A stretch of 61,119 nucleotides of DNA, counting the filler, from a bacterium (GTDB taxonomy: Bacteria; JAJRZV01): assembly GCA_024275095.1 (NCBI GenBank). It is 8 parts of 8 records of this genome, joined end to end, with 100 filler letters (N's around TTAATTAATTAA, not from the genome) between each part and the next. Parts side by side here need not be neighbours in the genome. Positions count along the whole stretch, not along the records: positions 41,119 to 57,050 come from JAJRZV010000010.1; positions 57,151 to 61,119 come from JAJRZV010000012.1; 6 more parts are not named here. One strand, written 5' to 3'. Position numbers and translations under genes: made by a program. Numbering within the stretch: position 1 is the stretch's first letter; the number at the start of each line of letters is the position of its first letter. Below the pieces are notes generated by a model. It was not told where the DNA came from. It did no database searches and was given only the letters and a program-made list of their open reading frames with translations. This document shows, piece after piece, positions 48,620 to 61,119 of this stretch.

Positions 48620-51004
48620 TCAGCCCGTCCTGGCAAGCTCCAATCTTTCTCCCCAGGCTGCATGTACATAGCGATACAGTATATCCCTTTCCACTTCCGA
48701 AAGGGCATACTCTTGAGATACAACCTTAAACGCCTCCTTTCGTGCAAGGGAAAGAAGTTTCGGATCCGCGAGCATTTCCATCATGCGGCTGTCAGGAATA
48801 CCCCACTGCCGCGTGCCGAAAATTTCTCCGGGCCCACGAATCTCCAGGTCTTTCTCGGCAATCTTGAATCCATCGGTTGTCTCTTCCATGATCTTCAGCC
48901 GGCTGATGCCCTTGCGTGAAATGGACGAAGAATAAACAAGAAACATGTAAGCCTGCTCGCGGCCCCGTCCGACCCTGCCCCTGAGCTGGTGAAGCTGAGA
49001 GAGCCCGAACCTTTCGGCGTTCTCCACTATCATAACGGCTGCATTGGGCACGTCTATACCCACTTCAATAACCGTGGTTGCCACGAGAAGTTGAATCTCA
49101 CCTTCTTTGAACCGGCGCATGATTTCTTCTCTCTCGTCACTCGGCAGGCGTCCGTGTAAAAGCCCCACGTTGAACCTGGCAAACATTCCAGAAGAAAGTT
49201 TTTCATACGTCTCAATGGCAGACCGTAGGTCAAGCTTTTCAGACTCTTCAATGAGAGGCAGTACCACATATCCCTGAAAACCCTTCTCCAGCAATTGCCT
49301 CATAAAAGTGTAGGGTGTGCTTCGCTGGTTCTCCCTGTATATGCGCGTGATCACCGGTTTTCTGCCGGGGGGCATTTCATCAATCACCGATATGTCAAGG
49401 TCGCCGTATATGGTCATGGCAAGGGTTCTCGGTATAGGGGTAGCAGTCATAACAAGAATGTGGGGCGAAACGCCCTTCTGTCTCAGGCGCGCCCGCTGAA
49501 CCACACCAAAGCGATGCTGTTCATCCACAATCCCGAGGATTAAATTTTTGAACCCAACATCTTCCTGGATAATGGCGTGTGTACCAACCACTATGTGAAT
49601 ATCTCCCTGCCGTATGAGTCGCAGGTATCTTTGGCGCTGAGCCTTCCTGAGTGAGGATGTAAGGAGACACACCTGAACGCCCAGGCGTGAAAAAGCCTGC
49701 ACAAACGTTTGATAATGCTGCTCTGCCAGAATTTCCGTCGGGGCCATCACTGCTACCTGATAACCGTTACCTATAGCCACAGATGCGGCTGCCATTGCAA
49801 CCACTGTGTTACCACTACCCACATCTCCCTGGAGGAGTCGATTCATGGGAGATGCCCTGCCGAGATCGCTGTTAATTTCCTCGATGACCCTTCGCTGGGC
49901 CCGTGTGAGTTTGAAAGGAAGTGAATCGATAAACCTTTTGAAAAGTTCCACATCTACTTTCAACGCCACCGCTTTCTCTGAACGAAACTGCTTTTTCCTC
50001 AGGGCCATACCCACTTCCAGGATGAAAAGTTCTTCAAACAGCACTCGCCTGCGCGCTTCTCGAAAAACATCTTCGGGGCTCCTGTCGTCCCCGCAGAACA
50101 ATTCGGGTTCATGTATGGCACGAACAGCCTCGGAAAGACTCATGAGCTTCGCCGAATGTTCCACTTCCACAGGCACGACGCTGATGACGTATCGGGCATA
50201 ATCCTCCACGGTTCTTTTTACAATGCGACGCAGATGTTTACCGTGGATACCTTCTATTTCAGGATATACAGGCATGTAACCCAGTGCTTCAGGACCGGGA
50301 GTACCAAACTCAACATCCGGGTGAACCATTTCCTTGTGGCCTCTGAAAATTCTGACTTCTCCCGAAACAACCAGTGGAATGCCCCGGCGGTAGGTCTTGC
50401 GCATGTAACCACGGTTGAAATTGAACCACTTGAGAGAAAGGAAGCCCGTACCATCAGAAATGACCACTTCAAACACCCGCCTGCCGCCGAAATTGAGCTC
50501 TTCCACGAGTTCGACTGTTCCTGATGTCACCTGGAACCGTCCGGGCTGGAGCCGGGCAATGGTGAGAAGTTCCCGCCGGTCTTCAAAGCGCCGCGGCGTC
50601 ATGAACAAAAGGTCGCGTACAGTGTGAATATCCTTTTTCCTCAGATATGCGGCAATACGAGGGCCCACTCCTTTAAGATATTGCACGTCCTTAAACAGGG
50701 CCTTCTGGCTTTCCTCGTAAGCACGGCTCAGTACTTCTCCACGAAGTGCGAGCATGCCCTTGAGAAACCTTTCCAGCTTTTCTGCCTTTTCGGATTCCGG
50801 GAAATCATCCAGCGCCTCAAGAGGAGCCACAAGTGTCTGTGCTCTCTTCAGCACCTCCGCAGAAACGCTATCCGATTCTTCCTGGAGCACTTTTTTAAAG
50901 TAATTGTCCAGTCCTTTTAGTCGCGCAATACCCCTGCCCGAAAGTTTCCGAGCAAGCAAAAGCGGCCTCATAAGCCGCTCAATAAGGCGAATATCCCCGG
51001 TCAT
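48620..51004 (-). CDS. recG: ATP-dependent DNA helicase RecG
   Basis: RLLQGDVGSG(N)T, DEQHRFG, MTATPIPR and QLRGRVGR motifs. Confidence 0.97.
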   Translation of the reverse strand: MTGDIRLIERLMRPLLLARKLSGRGIARLKGLDNYFKKVLQEESDSVSAEVLKRAQTLVAPLEALDDFPESEKAEKLERFLKGMLALRGEVLSRAYEESQKALFKDVQYLKGVGPRIAAYLRKKDIHTVRDLLFMTPRRFEDRRELLTIARLQPGRFQVTSGTVELVEELNFGGRRVFEVVISDGTGFLSLKWFNFNRGYMRKTYRRGIPLVVSGEVRIFRGHKEMVHPDVEFGTPGPEALGYMPVYPEIEGIHGKHLRRIVKRTVEDYARYVISVVPVEVEHSAKLMSLSEAVRAIHEPELFCGDDRSPEDVFREARRRVLFEELFILEVGMALRKKQFRSEKAVALKVDVELFKRFIDSLPFKLTRAQRRVIEEINSDLGRASPMNRLLQGDVGSGNTVVAMAAASVAIGNGYQVAVMAPTEILAEQHYQTFVQAFSRLGVQVCLLTSSLRKAQRQRYLRLIRQGDIHIVVGTHAIIQEDVGFKNLILGIVDEQHRFGVVQRARLRQKGVSPHILVMTATPIPRTLAMTIYGDLDISVIDEMPPGRKPVITRIYRENQRSTPYTFMRQLLEKGFQGYVVLPLIEESEKLDLRSAIETYEKLSSGMFARFNVGLLHGRLPSDEREEIMRRFKEGEIQLLVATTVIEVGIDVPNAAVMIVENAERFGLSQLHQLRGRVGRGREQAYMFLVYSSSISRKGISRLKIMEETTDGFKIAEKDLEIRGPGEIFGTRQWGIPDSRMMEMLADPKLLSLARKEAFKVVSQEYALSEVERDILYRYVHAAWGERLELARTG

Positions 51005-51058
51005 TGCGTAACTCTTGAAAAATAATGCACGAGAGGGGTTTTAACAAAAAAAACTTAC

Positions 51059-51274
51059 TCAACGGGCGGAATGATTAATAATTTTTTTGATTTCCTGGAG
51101 CAACTCCTGTGGGTCGAGGCCATGTACAATTGCTGCTTTCCTGACAGATTCATGAACTCGACTGCTACACGGAACACAATCAAGTCCCCTTCGCTTTAGC
51201 AACTTCGCTACTTCCGGATAATGTTCAAGGAGCTGAGCGATGGTAGTATCTTCTGTTACCTTCAACCTGCTCAT
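51059..51274 (-). CDS. DUF1858 domain protein
   Basis: TIAQLLEHYPE...GLDCVPC...ES...AA.VHGLD pattern. Confidence 0.85.
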   Translation of the reverse strand: MSRLKVTEDTTIAQLLEHYPEVAKLLKRRGLDCVPCSSRVHESVRKAAIVHGLDPQELLQEIKKIINHSAR

Positions 51275-51277
51275 GTT

Positions 51278-51760
51278 TTACTCCTCATATCGTACGTCAA
51301 GAATTTCATATTCAATTTCTCCACGCGGCACTTTTACTATGACAGTATCACCCTTCCGTTTGCCCATCAGGCCTTTCGCAATAGGAGATTGAATTGATAT
51401 ACGACCCCTCGAAAGGTCCGATTCATCAGGTCCTACGATGGTGTACGTCACCTCCCTCTCCGTGTCCAGGTCCAGCAACCTCACTGTTGCTCCAAAAGCC
51501 ACACGATCGCTGTCCTTTCTATCCCTTGTATCCACCACATAAGCGTGGGAAATCTTATATTCCAGCTCCCGTATTCGTGCTTCAATCAGTCCCTGTTTTT
51601 CCTTGGCGGCTTCATATTCGGCATTTTCGGAAAGGTCCCCGTAAGAGCGGGCAGTTTCTATCTCCTTGATAATTTTTGGGCGCTCCACCTTTTTTAAACG
51701 TTGTAGTTCCGCCTTTAACTTTTCAAGACCCTCGCGGGTTATTGGTATGCGCTCACTCAT
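51278..51760 (-). CDS. greA: Transcription elongation factor GreA
   Basis: GDLSENAEY and ISIQSPIA motifs; start at ATG 51760. Confidence 0.97.
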   Translation of the reverse strand: MSERIPITREGLEKLKAELQRLKKVERPKIIKEIETARSYGDLSENAEYEAAKEKQGLIEARIRELEYKISHAYVVDTRDRKDSDRVAFGATVRLLDLDTEREVTYTIVGPDESDLSRGRISIQSPIAKGLMGKRKGDTVIVKVPRGEIEYEILDVRYEE

Positions 51761-51773
51761 GGCGAACACCCCC

Positions 51774-54700
51774 TTACCCCTGTACTCCCCTTTTGAACTG
51801 AGCCAGCCCGTACTGTTCATAATACTCCTGGATGGACTTTACAGTGAAGGGTTTTGTCTTGAGTGACTCGATGGCTTCCACCGCCGCCCTTGCCCCTTCA
51901 ACAGTTGTGAAATACGGAATCCCCAGGGATATAGCAGTACGTCGAATGGACTTTGAATCTTCGATGGACTTTTTACCCCAGGTGGTGTTGATTACCAGAG
52001 ACACCTCCCTGTTCTTCATGCGATCAACAATATGGGGGCGAAGTTCCTCGATGACCTTGTAAACCAGGACTGACGGCACTCCGTGATTTTTGAGAAACTC
52101 GTGTGTACCCCGTGTAGCGTAAATCCGAAACCCCATCTCAACCAAGCGCTTTGCAAGGGGCAGAACCTTGCGCTTGTCATCATCTTTTACCGATATAAAG
52201 ACAACTCCCTCCCGCGGCAACAGGTTATCTGCCGCGGCCTGGGCCTTGTAAAAGGCGTGGCCAAAATCCTCGTCTATTCCCATCACCTCACCCGTAGATT
52301 TCATCTCCGCTCCGAGAATGGTATCCACGTCCGGAAACTTTATGAACGGAAACACCGCTTCTTTCACGGCCATGTACTGCAGAGTTATACCCTCAAGGGG
52401 CACGAGTTCTCTCAGGGGTACTCCCATCATTACCTTCGCTGCGACCTTGGCCAGAGGTATGCCCGTGGCCTTGGATATAAAAGGTACCGTGCGTGAAGCC
52501 CTCGGATTGACTTCCAGCACATAAACCTCTCCATCTTTTACAGCGTACTGGACATTGATGAGACCCTTTACGTCCAGTTCAAGAGCAAGTTTCCGCGTCG
52601 CCTCTTCCATGGCACGTATCACGTCCTCAGAAAGTGTCCTCGGGGGGATCGAGCAGGCGCTGTCGCCTGAGTGAACGCCCGCCTCTTCGATATGTTCCAG
52701 CACGCCTCTGATGTACACGTCTCTTCCATCAGCCACTGCATCAACATCTACTTCCACAGCATCTTTTAAAAACCGGTCGATAAGCACGGGATGATCAGGC
52801 GAGGCCTGAACAGCCTCTCTCATGTATTCTGTCAGTTCATCATCAGAATATACTGTCACCATCGCTCGCCCACCGAGAACATAGGAAGGCCTTACCATCA
52901 CAGGGTAACCAATGGACCGCGCCACCTTCAGGGCCTCTTCCAGGTTACGTGCAACGCCATTTTCCGGTTGTTTGAGCCCGAGCTTCTTTAAAAGTTCTTT
53001 GAACCGGTCTCTATCTTCGGCGATGTCAATACTCTCCGGTGAGGTCCCCAGCACGCGCACACCCGCCCTGGCCAACGGCACGGCAAGTTTAAGAGGCGTC
53101 TGTCCTCCAAATTGAAGCACAACCCCCAGAGGTTTTTCCTGCGAAACAATCTCCAGCACATCTTCAGCTGTAATAGGTTCAAAGAACAGGCGGTCAGAAG
53201 TATCGTAATCAGTACTGACGGTTTCTGGATTACAGTTGACCATGACCACCTGATATCCCAGCTCCTGAAGTGCAAAGCAACAATGCACACAGCAATAATC
53301 GAATTCCACTCCCTGCCCGATGCGATTGGGGCCGCTTCCGAGTACAACAACCGTCTTCTCACCCAGGCGCCCGACCTCAGGTACAGGATCATACGAGGAA
53401 TACATGTAGGGAGTGTAAGCCTCGAATTCGGCTGCGCAGGTATCCACGCATTTGTATGCAGGCTTTACGCCTGCCCTGTTGCGCAAACTTCTTACCTCTT
53501 CTTCCGTAACTCCCATGAGGCGTGCCAGCCGGGCATCTGAAAACCCCATCTTTTTCAGCTCGCGAAGTTTTGCCGGAGACTGCAGAAGGACACTTCCCAC
53601 CTTTTTAATTGTGTCTTCTGCCTGAATAATTTTTTCAATTTCTCTTAAAAACCAGGGATCTATCTTTGAATATTCATGTATCTCTTTAATTGAATATCCG
53701 TGTCTAAAAGCCTCGGCTATATACCACAATCGTCGGGGACCCGGAACCTTCAATGCTCGATTAATTTCTTCAACTCTTCGTTGTATATCCATGTCCTTCA
53801 ATTCAGAAACTTCATCGAAACCGGTATAGCCCTGTTCAAGTGACCGAATTGCCTTCTGTAAAGATTCCTGAAACGTCCTTCCTATGGCCATTACTTCACC
53901 AACCGATTTCATTTGGGTGGTAATCACAGGCGGTGTCTGGGGGAACTTTTCAAAATCAAAGCGTGGAATTTTTACAACAACATAATCGATTGTCGGTTCA
54001 AAACAGGAAGGTGTCTTCCTGGTAATATCATTGGGGATTTCATCCAGGGTATAACCAACAGCAAGCTTGGCCGCAATTTTTGCAATGGGAAATCCTGTGG
54101 CTTTGGAAGCGAGAGCCGACCTCCGTGAAACCCTGGGGTTCATCTCAATGACCACCATTTCGCCGTTTCCAGGATTCACAGCAAATTGAATGTTCGATCC
54201 ACCGGTATCCACCCCTATTTCTCGAATGATCCGTATCGCCGCATCACGCATGATCTGGTATTCCCTGTTGGTGAGTGTCTGGGCTGGAGCTACAGTTATA
54301 CTGTCGCCGGTATGGACCCCCATCGGGTCGAAGTTTTCGATCGAACAGATGATCACCACGTTGTCTGCGCCGTCCCTCATCACTTCCAGTTCAAACTCCT
54401 TCCACCCAAGAACCGATTCCTCCAGGAGCACGCTCCCGACCATAGACTGCTTGATCCCCCACTCTACCTGCTCCACCAGTTCTTCAGCATTGTAAGCCAC
54501 GGATCCGCCGGTGCCTCCTAAGGTAAAAGAAGGTCGAATAATCACGGGAAAACCAATCTCCTCTATCAACGAACGGGCTTCCTCTACACTGTGTACGTAA
54601 CCGCTTTTTGGTACTCTCAGTCCAATGTTTTCCATGGCCTTTTTGAAAAGTTCGCGGTCTTCTGCCTTGCGTATGGCTTCCACGCTGGCACCGATAAGTT

Positions 54701-55040
54701 CCACAGAGTATTTCTCCAGGAACCCGGCTTCGCTGGCGGCTACTGCAAGGTTCAGTGCCGTTTGACCCCCGAGCGTTGGCAGGATCGCATCAGGTCTCTC
54801 CCTTTTAAGAATCTCCTCCAGGACCTCCAGGGTTATGGGTTCAATGTACGTGCGGTCGGCAAATTCAGGATCTGTCATAATGGTGGCAGGATTGCTGTTG
54901 AGAAGAATAAGAAAATATCCCTCCTCCTTCAGTGCCTTGAGGGCCTGCGTTCCAGAATAATCAAATTCACAGGCCTGGCCAATAACAATAGGCCCCGACC
55001 CAATTATGAGAATTCGTTTGATATACGTACGTTTCGGCAT
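51774..55040 (-). CDS. carB: Carbamoyl-phosphate synthase large subunit
   Basis: [16 protein letters not shown], two ATP-grasp domains, C-terminal MGS domain. Confidence 0.98.
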   Translation of the reverse strand: MPKRTYIKRILIIGSGPIVIGQACEFDYSGTQALKALKEEGYFLILLNSNPATIMTDPEFADRTYIEPITLEVLEEILKRERPDAILPTLGGQTALNLAVAASEAGFLEKYSVELIGASVEAIRKAEDRELFKKAMENIGLRVPKSGYVHSVEEARSLIEEIGFPVIIRPSFTLGGTGGSVAYNAEELVEQVEWGIKQSMVGSVLLEESVLGWKEFELEVMRDGADNVVIICSIENFDPMGVHTGDSITVAPAQTLTNREYQIMRDAAIRIIREIGVDTGGSNIQFAVNPGNGEMVVIEMNPRVSRRSALASKATGFPIAKIAAKLAVGYTLDEIPNDITRKTPSCFEPTIDYVVVKIPRFDFEKFPQTPPVITTQMKSVGEVMAIGRTFQESLQKAIRSLEQGYTGFDEVSELKDMDIQRRVEEINRALKVPGPRRLWYIAEAFRHGYSIKEIHEYSKIDPWFLREIEKIIQAEDTIKKVGSVLLQSPAKLRELKKMGFSDARLARLMGVTEEEVRSLRNRAGVKPAYKCVDTCAAEFEAYTPYMYSSYDPVPEVGRLGEKTVVVLGSGPNRIGQGVEFDYCCVHCCFALQELGYQVVMVNCNPETVSTDYDTSDRLFFEPITAEDVLEIVSQEKPLGVVLQFGGQTPLKLAVPLARAGVRVLGTSPESIDIAEDRDRFKELLKKLGLKQPENGVARNLEEALKVARSIGYPVMVRPSYVLGGRAMVTVYSDDELTEYMREAVQASPDHPVLIDRFLKDAVEVDVDAVADGRDVYIRGVLEHIEEAGVHSGDSACSIPPRTLSEDVIRAMEEATRKLALELDVKGLINVQYAVKDGEVYVLEVNPRASRTVPFISKATGIPLAKVAAKVMMGVPLRELVPLEGITLQYMAVKEAVFPFIKFPDVDTILGAEMKSTGEVMGIDEDFGHAFYKAQAAADNLLPREGVVFISVKDDDKRKVLPLAKRLVEMGFRIYATRGTHEFLKNHGVPSVLVYKVIEELRPHIVDRMKNREVSLVINTTWGKKSIEDSKSIRRTAISLGIPYFTTVEGARAAVEAIESLKTKPFTVKSIQEYYEQYGLAQFKRGVQG

Positions 55041-55208
55041 GTGATAGTCAAAGGTAAGTTTTTGAAATCTTACATTAGAGCCCTTCCCAAAAGCAATATG
55101 AATCAGCCCTGCAAGGTTTGAGGCTTCACTTTTTTAAAGTTCAGGGCGGATGAAGTAATACGTGTGTATCACTCCCGTGAACTGTAAGGTAAAATTACTC
55201 TGGTATAA

Positions 55209-57050
<1,842 letters not shown>

Positions 57051-57150
57051 NNNNNNNNNNNNNNNNNNNNNNNNNNNNNNNNNNNNNNNNNNNNTTAATT
57101 AATTAANNNNNNNNNNNNNNNNNNNNNNNNNNNNNNNNNNNNNNNNNNNN
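57051..57150. other. Artificial contig spacer
   Basis: N run with TTAATTAATTAA linker. Confidence 0.99.
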
Positions 57151-59067
57151 GACGTAGAAGGAATCGAAGTGATGAGAGAAACCCTCAACATCACAACCCC
57201 CATAGCACTCGCCGGGGTTGTCATCTTGTTTATCCTGGCTTTTAGGGGTCTCCTGCTTCCACTACTTTCCGGCATTGCACTTGCTCTTGGAATCGTATGG
57301 ATACTTGGAATAACACAGGTTCTCTACGGTTCGCTCAATATGGTCAACAGCATGATAGGTGCCATGCTTGTAGGGCTCGGCATTGACTTCGGCATTCATT
57401 CACTCAACCGCTACCGTGAGGAAAGGAGTAAAGGTTCCTCTCCGGAATATTCACTTGTGACCGTATTCAAGGGCGTGGGGCCCAGCGCACTGACAGGAGC
57501 ACTGACAACGTCGCTTTTCTTTTTTGCAATATGCCTCATGAGCGGGCGAGCAATTCAACAGCTCGGTGTGGTCTCAGGAATCGGCGTGCTCGTATTTTTT
57601 GTGCTCTTGTTTATCGTGTATCCATGTACGGTTTTACTGATTGACAGAAAAAAATCCACAGTTGCACCACCTCCATCCTCAGAGCTCAAGAGCCTGGGAA
57701 CACTCGGACGTTTTGTGGGCGTACACCCGAAAACTGTACTGGTTGCTGGAATAATACTCACAGCTGTAAGCGTGTGGTTCATTCGATACACTCACATCAA
57801 TTACAATGTATTCGAAGCCTTCTCTCGGGGCCTGAACTCATGGGACGCCGGTAAAAAAGTAGAAAAGTATTTTGGGCTTCCACCGGCGTCCCTGCTCGTT
57901 GTTGCTCCTGATCTACCCACAGCACGAAAATGGGAAAGAAACCTTAAACAAGAGCCAATGGTCAAAACCGTCCATTCCATCGCAGATTTAATTCCAGAAA
58001 ACCAGGAAGAAAAACTGGAAATAATACGTAACATGCGAGCCATACTGTCCCAGATGAAACCCCGGACAGCCTCTGTTAATACTTCTCTCGAAGAATGGGA
58101 AAAAGAACTTAAACGCTTTCAACACACCTTGATAACCATGAAAAATTGGGCCATTACAGGAAGTATTATTGCTGCAGATAAAAGTCTCAGAAAAAGTCTT
58201 GAAAGGGCAAAGGCACTTTTCGGCGAAGCAGAAATACGCACTTCAAAACTGATCCCACACATGACACCGTCACTAAACAAGCTCCAGCAACGGTGCACCG
58301 GACTGTTTCTCGAACTGTGGAAAGAATTCCGGCAAATGTTAACAACCGACATGATTACCCTTGACAACCTTCCTTACGAACTGAAAAAAGGTCTTATCTC
58401 TGCCAGAGGCCGCTTCCTTATACGCATCTATCCCAAATCGGAAACATTCTACGAGAGAGAAAAACTGTGGACATTTATTAATGAAGTGAAAAAAAACACA
58501 TCGGGAGCAGTCAGTGGAGAAGTCGTGTTATTTGCAGAGCTCATGGAAGCAATGCTCGGTAATCTCGGCTACGCCATCATCGCCGGGCTGCTGGCAATGG
58601 CGGTTGTGCTTTACATAAAATTTCGCCGTTTTCTTTACGTGGCAATGGCACTCATTCCACCTCTTTTCGGATGGCTATGGACACTGGGCTTCATGGGAGC
58701 CATAGGACTCGAGTGGGACGTAATGAACATTATAGCCATTGTCATTATCATGGGTATAGGCGTGGATGATGGGGTTCACATACTCCACAGATTTCTCGAA
58801 GAACGTGAAAAAGGATTCACCCAAAAAGATGCTGTGGAAAGTGCCCTTCGCTTTACAGGCAGAGCTGTGTTGTTCACCTCTCTCACAACCGCATGGGGAT
58901 TTGGATCGCTTGGGCTTGGAAAATTCGTGGCTTTTAAAAACCTCAGCGTTATTATCATCGTCGGGCTTGCCTCCTTTCTCATGGTCTCAATAACAATTCT
59001 GCCGGCGATTGCTGTAATGATAAAAAATACAACAGGTACAGAACAACCCTGCTTAACGCGACACTGA
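57151..59067 (+). CDS. MMPL/RND family lipid transporter, HpnN-like (5' truncated)
   Basis: GLGIDFGIH and GIGVDDGVH motifs; two transmembrane bundles separated by a periplasmic loop. Confidence 0.9.
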   Translation, partial: DVEGIEVMRETLNITTPIALAGVVILFILAFRGLLLPLLSGIALALGIVWILGITQVLYGSLNMVNSMIGAMLVGLGIDFGIHSLNRYREERSKGSSPEYSLVTVFKGVGPSALTGALTTSLFFFAICLMSGRAIQQLGVVSGIGVLVFFVLLFIVYPCTVLLIDRKKSTVAPPPSSELKSLGTLGRFVGVHPKTVLVAGIILTAVSVWFIRYTHINYNVFEAFSRGLNSWDAGKKVEKYFGLPPASLLVVAPDLPTARKWERNLKQEPMVKTVHSIADLIPENQEEKLEIIRNMRAILSQMKPRTASVNTSLEEWEKELKRFQHTLITMKNWAITGSIIAADKSLRKSLERAKALFGEAEIRTSKLIPHMTPSLNKLQQRCTGLFLELWKEFRQMLTTDMITLDNLPYELKKGLISARGRFLIRIYPKSETFYEREKLWTFINEVKKNTSGAVSGEVVLFAELMEAMLGNLGYAIIAGLLAMAVVLYIKFRRFLYVAMALIPPLFGWLWTLGFMGAIGLEWDVMNIIAIVIIMGIGVDDGVHILHRFLEEREKGFTQKDAVESALRFTGRAVLFTSLTTAWGFGSLGLGKFVAFKNLSVIIIVGLASFLMVSITILPAIAVMIKNTTGTEQPCLTRH

Positions 59068-59077
59068 CGATATAAGG

Positions 59078-60043
59078 CTATGAGCCCATTATTACCAGGA
59101 CTTTTAAACTTTCAGGATCCGTTGCACACTCGAAAGCCCGGGTTATGTTTGTAATTGGAAACCTGTGAGATATAAGCGATGTCACGTTGATCTTTCCAGA
59201 AGCCAGTGCCTCAATCGCAACGTGAAACGGGCCGCACCGCGAGCCCACAACCGTCACCTCATCTATCACCAGGGGTGACAAATTTATCTTCCTGCTTTCG
59301 GCCACGGTCGTTTTCAACACCACAACTCCACGCGGCTTCACCACTTCAAGAGCCAGTCCAAATCCGTCGGCTCTACCCGTGGCCTCAACCACCAGGTCAT
59401 AGATTTTTTCTCCTTTAAAATCGCTGAGTGAACAAGGAGGCACCCCCAGGCTCTCTGCAACTTTCATTTTTCCCGGGTGTTTACCCACAAGAAGCACATC
59501 TTCACAATAGAGTTTCAAAACCATGGCGCAAAGGATGCCCAGTTTCCCATCCCCGAGCACAACAATTTTCCAGTCTCGTTTAACCTTCACCTGCTCCACA
59601 ATTTCAAAAGCAGCAGCAAGCGGTTCTGTAAAAACAGCCTCTTCGTTTGCGAGATGAGCCGGCACCTCGTGAAGATTTGTCACTGGCACCGCAACGTATT
59701 CCGCGAAGGCTCCATCCCTACCGTGGATTCCGAGCACTTTTCTGGAAGGGCAGTGAGTTTTTAACCCCTTCGAGCAATACTCACACACGCCGCATGCACA
59801 ATTAATTTCTCCCACCACCCTTTTTCCTACCCATTCCTCCCATTCCCCGTTCACTTCTTCCACAATGCCCACAAATTCATGACCAGGCACACCGGAAAAA
59901 CTCATGTATCCCCTGAGAATTTCCAGGTCGGTCCTGCAAATACCCGCAACAAGGACCTTCACCAGTGCCTCACCCCTGTCCGGAACCGGTACCGGGTAAT
60001 CATCCACCAATCTCAACCTGCCATCAAAAACCACTGCTTTCAT
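59078..60043 (-). CDS. Zinc-dependent alcohol dehydrogenase (MDR family)
   Basis: GICRTD, GHEFVG, CGVCEYC...C and GSRCGPF motifs; start at ATG 60043. Confidence 0.93.
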   Translation of the reverse strand: MKAVVFDGRLRLVDDYPVPVPDRGEALVKVLVAGICRTDLEILRGYMSFSGVPGHEFVGIVEEVNGEWEEWVGKRVVGEINCACGVCEYCSKGLKTHCPSRKVLGIHGRDGAFAEYVAVPVTNLHEVPAHLANEEAVFTEPLAAAFEIVEQVKVKRDWKIVVLGDGKLGILCAMVLKLYCEDVLLVGKHPGKMKVAESLGVPPCSLSDFKGEKIYDLVVEATGRADGFGLALEVVKPRGVVVLKTTVAESRKINLSPLVIDEVTVVGSRCGPFHVAIEALASGKINVTSLISHRFPITNITRAFECATDPESLKVLVIMGS

Positions 60044-60174
60044 GCGCGGCCTCACCAGGTAAAATCCGCAAGTCGCCCAACCATGCCAGAAACCACATCC
60101 GTACAAAACCTGAACTTTTACTTTAAACGAACACCACCTTCAACCCAACCATTTCTGTTTTCTGCATGTGAGCT

Positions 60175-60323
60175 TGGCTTAATCCCCATGTTTTGGACAT
60201 GATTTAATGAATTAAAAATTCTCACTTCCTTTCCGGAGTTCTTCGTATTCTTTTCACCCCTTTTCCCCTGCGGAGAGTTTTTTAATCTTATCAAAGTGTC
60301 CAAATTTTTAGGGGGTTAAAACA
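60175..60323. mobile_element. Probable MITE (149 bp, TG...CA)
   Basis: Imperfect terminal inverted repeats TGGCTTAATCCCCATGTTTTGGACA and TGTTTTAACCCCCTAAAAATTTGGACA; the right end is where the IS256 ORF breaks off. Confidence 0.55.
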
Positions 60324-60934
60324 ACCCCTTCGAGCCCATCGGTTACAAAAAGATGAACTTGTTTAACTTCCCTTTCCTTCAGCTCCCCAAGTATCTCATC
60401 CCATATCTCAGCACTTTCTCCCTCACTTCCGCCAAGCCACCACCCCAGTACCTCTCTCCTTCCGTCTTCTCTTACACCTAAAGCCACATATATGGGCTCC
60501 TTTGATATTTTTCCCCTCCTGAGCGAAAAATACGTGGCATCCAGAAATATCACTGCGTATCTCTCCTCAAGAGGTCTCTTCCTCCATTTCTCCACCCCTT
60601 CCGAGCCCACCTCTGCCATCCTGCTTATGGTTGATGCTGATAGTTTCGCCCCGTATAATATCTCAAGCACCTGAGCCAGTTTCCGTTGAGATATCCCCGC
60701 TATGAACAGCGCTCTTATCACTTCCTCTACGTCTGCCGTGTATTTCTTCCTGTATGGCAAAAGCACACTCCGGAAGTTCCCATCCCTTGTCCCCGGTACC
60801 CTCAAGTTTTCTATCCCCAAAAGCCCCGTAATCAGTTCCCTCGTGTAATATCCATTCCCCTTAGTTTCCGGGTGAGCCCTCAAATATTCTTCCCTCTCCT
60901 CCAGCATCATCTCCTCAAGAGCCTTCTTTACCAT
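60308..60934 (-). pseudogene. IS256-family (Mutator) transposase, truncated
   Basis: NGYYTR, G..NLRVP..RDG.F, GISQR, LDATY, ALGV..DG.REVLG and VTDGL motifs; ends at about half the usual length. Confidence 0.92.
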
Positions 60935-61119
60935 CTCCTTCGGAGTTATATAATTTCTTTACCATTTAATTCTCTCCTCATCTTTCCATTCCCGGGTTCT
61001 GTTTTTTTCTCTCGCCCGGGAGGTTATTTTATTTTCTATATAGGGACTTTCCGTCAATATATTACTTACACCCTTTACCTTTATGGTTTCTTCGCAGACA
61101 CAATTAATAATACACAACC
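60324..61119 (-). mobile_element. IS256-family element, left portion
   Basis: Transposase fragment plus terminus GGTTGTGTATTATTAATTGTGT at the window end. Confidence 0.8.

Overview
This window is not one continuous locus. It contains eight contigs joined by seven 100-bp N spacers, each carrying the all-frame stop linker TTAATTAATTAA, so adjacency across a spacer means nothing. Gene content suggests a draft or metagenome-assembled genome of a Gram-negative Deltaproteobacteria-like organism (inference from DUF4388/PilZ/J-domain proteins, ccsA-hemA-hemC-cobA/hemD and carB-greA). Most genes are housekeeping: ispE, ADP-forming acyl-CoA ligase, ilvD-like, cstA, cdsA, ribD/ribE, trpC, heme genes, rpiB, pabB/C, comM, lipA, recG, greA, carB, ligA and tRNA-Ala(GGC). 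The less ordinary items are: a chemosensory cluster with an embedded ExeA-type ATPase and a DUF4388-GAF protein; a bacterial Clp1-like polynucleotide kinase; a nucleotidyltransferase plus an unannotated 58-aa ORF that looks like a toxin-antitoxin pair; a divergent IlvD/Edd operon with a Tat-exported partner; an XRE/dead-S24 regulator divergent from a Cys-rich protein; an antisense copy of the tRNA T-arm just downstream of the tRNA; and several IS256/IS3-like remnants including a probable MITE. Single-base lesions in conserved positions recur across contigs and most likely reflect consensus errors. I saw no CRISPR array, rRNA or prophage. No clearly new system is proven. All family calls come from motif recognition by eye, not from database searches.
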